Origin: Octopus vulgaris
Taxonomy: Eukaryota
Length of the DNA: 64,000 nt
Assembly (NCBI GenBank): GCA_951406725.2
Contig: OX597817.1
Coordinates: 165,292,001-165,356,000, forward strand
Reading direction: 5' to 3'
The notes under the pieces: model-generated
Database searches by the model: none
Told to the model about the DNA's origin: nothing
What the model saw: only the letters and a program-made list of their open reading frames with translations
Shown: one piece after another, positions 57,416 through 64,000 of the stretch
Layout: every line of letters begins with the position of its first letter
Numbering within the stretch: the first letter of the stretch is position 1
Position numbers and translations under genes: made by a program

Positions 57416-57891
57416 CCGTAAATCCTCGAGTATAGTCCGCACTTGAGTATAATACGCAGGGGATTTTTAGGGGGCTGTACATCTGAAAAACCTAAACCTT
57501 GTGCATAATACGCACTCCTCTAACTTGAGTTAAGGAGGTCTACATAACGTCCTTGGTTTGTAAAAATGTATACGGTAACGTCCTTCATTATTATGTATAT
57601 ATAACATAATGCAAACGTGTAGCATTTTTGTGCATTTTGTTTGCAGAAAATAAAGAAATAACAGTAATAACGTTTAATAAATGTTGCTAACTGCAAGTTA
57701 TGGGTGATTTAAAGTATTTTCGCGCCCGACATCACAAAATACGTCTGAATAAACATTGCCGGACAGCAAATAGAGACTCGGACATTGCTTAGAAAATAAT
57801 TTTCAATTTTTACCTCGTATATAATACGCACTAGGGATTTTGACCTTTAAATTTTGGGAAAAAAATGCGGATTATACTCGAGGATTTACGG
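57416..57891. mobile_element. Pogo/Tc2-like MITE
   Basis: TIR CCGTAAATCCTCGAGTATA.TCCGCA at both ends; TA TSD; subterminal GTATAATACGCA repeats. Confidence 0.88.
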
Positions 57892-57944
57892 TAAGTTAGA
57901 AATCAATATATTTCATATTTATATAAATGCAAAGTTAAATACAA

Positions 57945-58330
57945 GTGGAAGCACTCCGTCGGTTACGACGACGAGGGTTCCGGTTGATCCGAATCAACGG
58001 AACAGCCTGCTCGTGAAATTAACGTGTTAGTGGCTGAGCACTCCACAGACACGTGTACCCTTAACGTAGTTCTCGGGGATATTCAGCGTGACACAGAGAG
58101 TGACAAGGCCGGCCCTTTGAAGTACAGGTACAACAGAAACAGGAAGTAAGAGTGAGAGAAAGTTGTGGTGAAAGAGTACAGCAAGGATCACCACCATCCC
58201 CTGCCGGAGCCTCGTGGAGCTTTAGGTGTTTTCGCTCAATAAACACTCACAACACCCGGTCTGGGAATCAAAACCGCGATCCTATGACCGCGAGTCCGCT
58301 GCCCTAACCACTGGGTCATTGCGCCTCCAC
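57945..58330 (-). mobile_element. SINE family C, full length
   Basis: tRNA-like head at ~58255-58330; TTAAATACAAGT on both sides (57935-57946 and 58331-58342) looks like a TSD. Confidence 0.88.
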
Positions 58331-58479
58331 TTAAATACAAGTAAACATATGGTAAAGCGAAAGCAAAAATGACATTAGTCAATGACTCATGTTATGTAAG
58401 ACATTCAGACAAGCATGGGAGACAACTCCAGACATGTTTCAGTCTTATTCTGACTTGAACAACGAATCAACATTTTCAT

Positions 58480-58725
58480 TTCATCTCAATCGAAGGAGAG
58501 GGGCTTTCTCCGTCCGGGTTGCGGATCCATGGAATAAGCTGCCGGACGAGATAGTGAAGATGCCGACGACCGCTCGGTTCAAAGTCTCTCTTGACCTGAA
58601 ATGGCCTGAACTCTTTGCATGAACACCACTCTGTACATAACTGCATGTCCCCCTACATGGCCTTGCTTTTTGCTTTTTAAGCCAAAAAATTAACTTAACT
58701 TAACTAACTTAACTTAACTTAACTA
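58480..58725 (+). mobile_element. CR1-like LINE 3' end with (TAAC/TTAAC)n tail
   Basis: HLNRRRGAFSVRVADPWNKLPDEIV...FKVSLD matches the CR1 ORF2 C-terminus (FFS.RV...WN.LP). Confidence 0.82.
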
Positions 58726-59645
58726 GCGGTACATCAAATATGTAGTCACGATAATACCCAATTTTTTAACATGCAGATCGTATACCTAAATTACTTAATC
58801 GTGAAACAATTCTGTTTCTTTTCGTCACTAAGTGTATAGTCTTCAATGATTATTTAGTTATTCCTTTATCGCCACCACTGTACATACATTAAAGGTTATA
58901 TAGCTGATGTGTAAAGTATAAATCTGGTCTCACTATAAAATCTAGATATAGTGATTGCGCAATAAGTTATTAAGGGCTTTGTGTGTAGTGAAAAGTGAGA
59001 TCGATATGACCCGTTTCTGACCTACATAGATTTCATCAGAGAGAGAATACACACTTTGTGTTCACAGGCATGTTAACAGTTCATGGTGTATACAGATTCG
59101 AACACAGCTAAATTTATCAGTCTAAAGTGTACAATAATGCATGCGCCGATAGCGTGATTAATAAATTACTGTTGCTTGACGGAGCGTTTCATGGGTAATT
59201 TGAATTAAATTGTAAGGAAAACATGTATAATTTTATAAATAACACAAATTTAGTTTCACTGTAGAAATGAAGAAAGTGGTGCACCGAGTTATTTTATATC
59301 TCTAAGAGCCCTTAAAATGCTTAACGGGAAAATCTGCACTATACATATTTCTTCAAGGAGAAAGAGAAAAATAACGATGTGTAATGGACTAATATTTACT
59401 CAATTAATTAGTTGAGTAATTAATATAGCAATTTTTCAGTGCATGCGCTGTCATGCCACTTCGACAGATCTGATTCGCTGTATTTCAATTTGTATTTTAC
59501 AGCATCAACATCGATTTTCTGGAACCTTTGATTCCAAAGCTTTTCAGGTTTACTAATTTTTCCGACGTGAGTGTGGTCACTTTCAGCTAAACACTCTAAA
59601 TAAATCAAATAACCCTAAACTTACTTAAATAATTAAATGAAATAA

Positions 59646-60550
<905 letters not shown>

Positions 60551-61063
60551 TACGGAATAAAAGAACCCAGACCATCCCTTTCCAGAAAGTCGGTGTTATA
60601 CTTGCACAATAAACAGCTATGAACTACTAATGTCTTCGTGGGAAAAATATGAGTACTTTTGGGATAAGAGTTTAAGAATAGAATCCAAACGGATTAAAAC
60701 CAATTTTCTCTCCACGGAAATTTCAAACCTTTAGTGAGATCCTTTTGCTTACTTTTCAAAAACGAGGCGAAAATTGTATTTTCCCAGCAATGGTACACTT
60801 TACGTTGTATTTCGAATCACTCATGAAACCGTTGCGCAGAATTCACCACCATCATCCGACTGAGTTACCGCTGTTTGTAGTTAGTTGTACAAATCAACCC
60901 TGGTACTTATTTTCTTTTAAAGTCGAGCACTTCCATTATCATTCTATTTTGCCTAACAGCTAATTTACGGGGATATAGACAAGTCAACACTGGGTTGTCA
61001 AACAGAATTGGGAGTGACAAACAAAGACGCATGCACAAAACAAACTCTCTCTCACACACAGAG

Positions 61064-61132
<69 letters not shown>

Positions 61133-61213
61133 AATATATATACATACATACATATATATATATATTTAATATAATTTAGAATATTATTACACTTATATAT
61201 GCATATGCATATA

Positions 61214-61247
<34 letters not shown>

Positions 61248-62469
61248 CCTATACAAATATATATACATACATATATGTAAATATATATACATATGTACGT
61301 ATACATACATATGCACACATATACGTGTGTAACAGGTTGAATGTGGATTCGTCCTTTAAATGGAGTGGTTTCCAAAAAGATTTCTAACGTTGATTCTTCA
61401 TATTTTGCTGAGAGTTTACTGGTAAAAATTGGCGAAGATATGAAAAGTATTAGTAGAATATTAAGTGTGTGGATTGAAGTTCTACAAATCGAATCATATT
61501 TGTCAAAAATGGAAGAGATAAGATGTTAAAAAGTTGTAAGAAGTTCATTCATGCAGACAATTGTTTCGTACATAGATATAAATTCATATTTGAATTTGAA
61601 TAATTATCATAGTACTCATCAGTGCAGCGAGAAAATAATGATAGGAACTTTAAAAATGAGGAGAGAAGTTAGATCTTTGAGTTTCATGTTTGTCTGTTCC
61701 TATCTGTATGATAGTGATGGGAGTCATGTCAAATATTAAACGGTTAGAGAAAGATATAAATTTAGAGATATCGATAACACCCTCTCTATAGATTAGTATA
61801 GATTTGCTAATTAGATCTCCATATATGCAGCATAGCGTGAGTACGTTAAAGAAATATCCAATGGGAAAACGTTACCTAATGTAAATTAAATCTAACTGTT
61901 AAAAGCAATACTTAGTATTTTTTTAATAAATAATCATAAACATATAAAGAAAGTTTAACGTAAAAAGATTTATGTTTGTAAAGCGTTACTAGAAGGCTAA
62001 TGAAGTCAATTATGAAAATGTGGGGGGAGGGGGAAGAATTGAAAAGAATGAAGTGGAAGTGGATTAAGGACTCTTGTTTACTCAAGATCCGTTTTAAGGT
62101 AACATAGAAGTATAATAAATGAGGAGATGAGGTAAAAGTGGTTATTCAAATGGAAATATGAAGATTAAGTTATATATATATATAATAGAAGTATGTTTCA
62201 AAGAGAGAAATAAACTACACGTGGTAGATATATGGGGAAAGTAACAAGAAAAAAGCGAAAATGCACATTGGGTATAAAAAAAAATAGAAGCTTTTTTAAT
62301 GAAAAGTAACGATAAATATAAACAATTAAATGATCTGAGGTAGAATTAAGAGGAATAAAAGTCATTATTTTTAATTGTTAAAGGGATGCAAAGTCATACC
62401 GGTTTCGTCAATTGCTGTTGACTGGCTTTATCAACAATAATAGTAATTATTATTATTGTTTCTACTTGA

Positions 62470-62671
62470 AGCACAAGGCCTTAAAAATTTTGGGTGAAGG
62501 GGGCTAGTCGATTACATCGATCTCAGTGCATAACTGGAACTTATTTCATCGACCACGAAAGGATGAAAGGCGAAGTCGACCTCAGCGGAATTTGAATTCA
62601 GAACGTAGCAGCAGAGAAATACCGCTCAGCATTTAGCCCAGCATGCTAACGATTCTGCCAGCTCGCCGCCC
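62470..62671 (-). mobile_element. SINE family B
   Basis: Matches family B. Confidence 0.82.
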
Positions 62672-62673
62672 TC

Positions 62674-62744
<71 letters not shown>

Positions 62745-62747
<3 letters not shown>

Positions 62748-63905
62748 TCTCGAAATATCGAATGACTGGATGCTAAAGCTCGTGGAAAATCACGAGAGAC
62801 GAAAGAAGCTTCATTCTATCATCAAGGAAAGCAAAAAATTTGCTATTGATCTCGTGCAGGATACCCAAACTGAACAACCCGAGGGAAGTACGGCAACTAT
62901 TGTTGCAAAGAAGGTGAAAATGATGGCAATGAAAAAAGCGCACGAGCAATTGGCTGATAGGTGGGAGGAGAAACCTCTGCACGGCAAATATGTGACCCGC
63001 AGCAAACAAGCTGATGTTGACCAGAAGCAAACCCATCAGTGGCTGCGGAGCTCAGGGCTAAAAGCAGAGAGCGAAGGTTTCATCCTGGCTGCTCAAGACC
63101 AAAGCCTATCAACCCGGAACTACCAGGCCAATGTGATGAAAAATGGAGCAGACCCAAAATGCCGATTCTGCAACGACATGATTGAAACAGTGGACCACCT
63201 AATCTCTGGATGTAAAGTCTTAGCACCAGTGGAGTATAAATTAAGACATGACAGAGTTGGCCAATATCTCCACTGGCTAATAAGTCGGCATTACAATATC
63301 AAAACTGCCGACAAGTGGTATAATCACCACCCTGAGGCTGTAACTGAAGGAGAAAATGTAACGATTCTGTGGGACTTTCCAGTACATACAGACCGAACCA
63401 TCAAGGCCAATAAACCAGATATTGTTGTGAAAGACCAAAACAATAAAGTTTGCTTATTGATCGACATGAGCATCCCCTGTGATCATAATATCTCAGCGAA
63501 AGAGTTTGACAAGCTCAGAAAATATAAAGACCTACTCATTGAAATTGAGAAAATGTGGCATCTCAAGGCGGTTACAATACCAGTGATCGTAGGAGCACTA
63601 GGAATGATCAAGAAGGGAACCGAAAATTATATGAGAATGATCCCTGGCTTACCATCCCTGCAAGAAGTGCAAAAGATTGTCTTAACTGGTACATCACACG
63701 TATTGAGAAGAGCATTGTCGATGTGAGAACTGTTGCTGCTCATCCATTTTAATTTAACTTAAAAAAAAAAAAAAAAAAAAAAAAATAACGAACTACTGAG
63801 TTTGGTTTAATGGCCTACCAATATACACTATGAGTTTCTTTGCCCTAGGAGTCGGGAAGACACTCGGCAAGAAATGGAAGAAAATTTGAAAGAAGAAAAA
63901 AAAAG
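62745..63905 (+). mobile_element. 5'-truncated Dong/R4-like non-LTR retrotransposon inserted in (TAA)n
   Basis: (TAA)n on both sides; ORF plus 3' UTR. Confidence 0.88.
62770..63726 (+). CDS. C-terminal part of retrotransposon ORF: CCHC zinc knuckle plus PD-(D/E)xK restriction-like endonuclease (318 aa, uninterrupted)
   Basis: KCRFC..ETVDHLISGC, RHDRVG, KPDIVVKD..LLIDMSIP, KYKDL, VIPVIVGALG; RT domain absent. Confidence 0.9.
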   Translation: MLKLVENHERRKKLHSIIKESKKFAIDLVQDTQTEQPEGSTATIVAKKVKMMAMKKAHEQLADRWEEKPLHGKYVTRSKQADVDQKQTHQWLRSSGLKAESEGFILAAQDQSLSTRNYQANVMKNGADPKCRFCNDMIETVDHLISGCKVLAPVEYKLRHDRVGQYLHWLISRHYNIKTADKWYNHHPEAVTEGENVTILWDFPVHTDRTIKANKPDIVVKDQNNKVCLLIDMSIPCDHNISAKEFDKLRKYKDLLIEIEKMWHLKAVTIPVIVGALGMIKKGTENYMRMIPGLPSLQEVQKIVLTGTSHVLRRALSM

Positions 63906-64000
63906 TAATAATAACAATAATAATAATAATAACATACAGCTTTACATAGACCTACACATGTTTCAACTGCACCGATTAGTAACCGTTGTAATTGCAACCC

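Noticed and set aside
59420-59608. 62 aa non-repetitive ORF on the minus strand
   Set aside because: Short, with no recognisable motif; compatible with chance.
63950-64000. Minus-strand GAAACATGTGTA near the window end
   Set aside because: Any partner core would lie outside the window, so it cannot be assessed.

Overview
Eukaryotic, AT-rich, repeat-saturated DNA with no recognisable host protein-coding gene. The SINE families resemble those I know from octopus genomes, so the taxon is an inference. Almost all long ORFs in the track are translated microsatellites ((TA)n, (ATGT)n, (TATC)n, (TAA)n). Real coding remnants are all transposon-derived: an RTE LINE (13160-15765), R4/Dong-like restriction-endonuclease LINE 3' ends, CR1/L2 fragments, and Tc1 and mariner relics. 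Also present are three clustered Helitron-like elements, several MITEs and dozens of tRNA-derived SINEs. The most striking signal is a set of about ten hammerhead-ribozyme motifs (CUGANGA-stem II-GAAA-palindromic stem III-UH), intact or decayed, from several sequence-unrelated families. Many sit in fold-back elements with an asymmetric tail inserted in (TA)n, which matches Penelope-like pseudo-LTRs. There is also a 2.7 kb tandem duplication whose junction holds an inverted 392 bp templated insertion.
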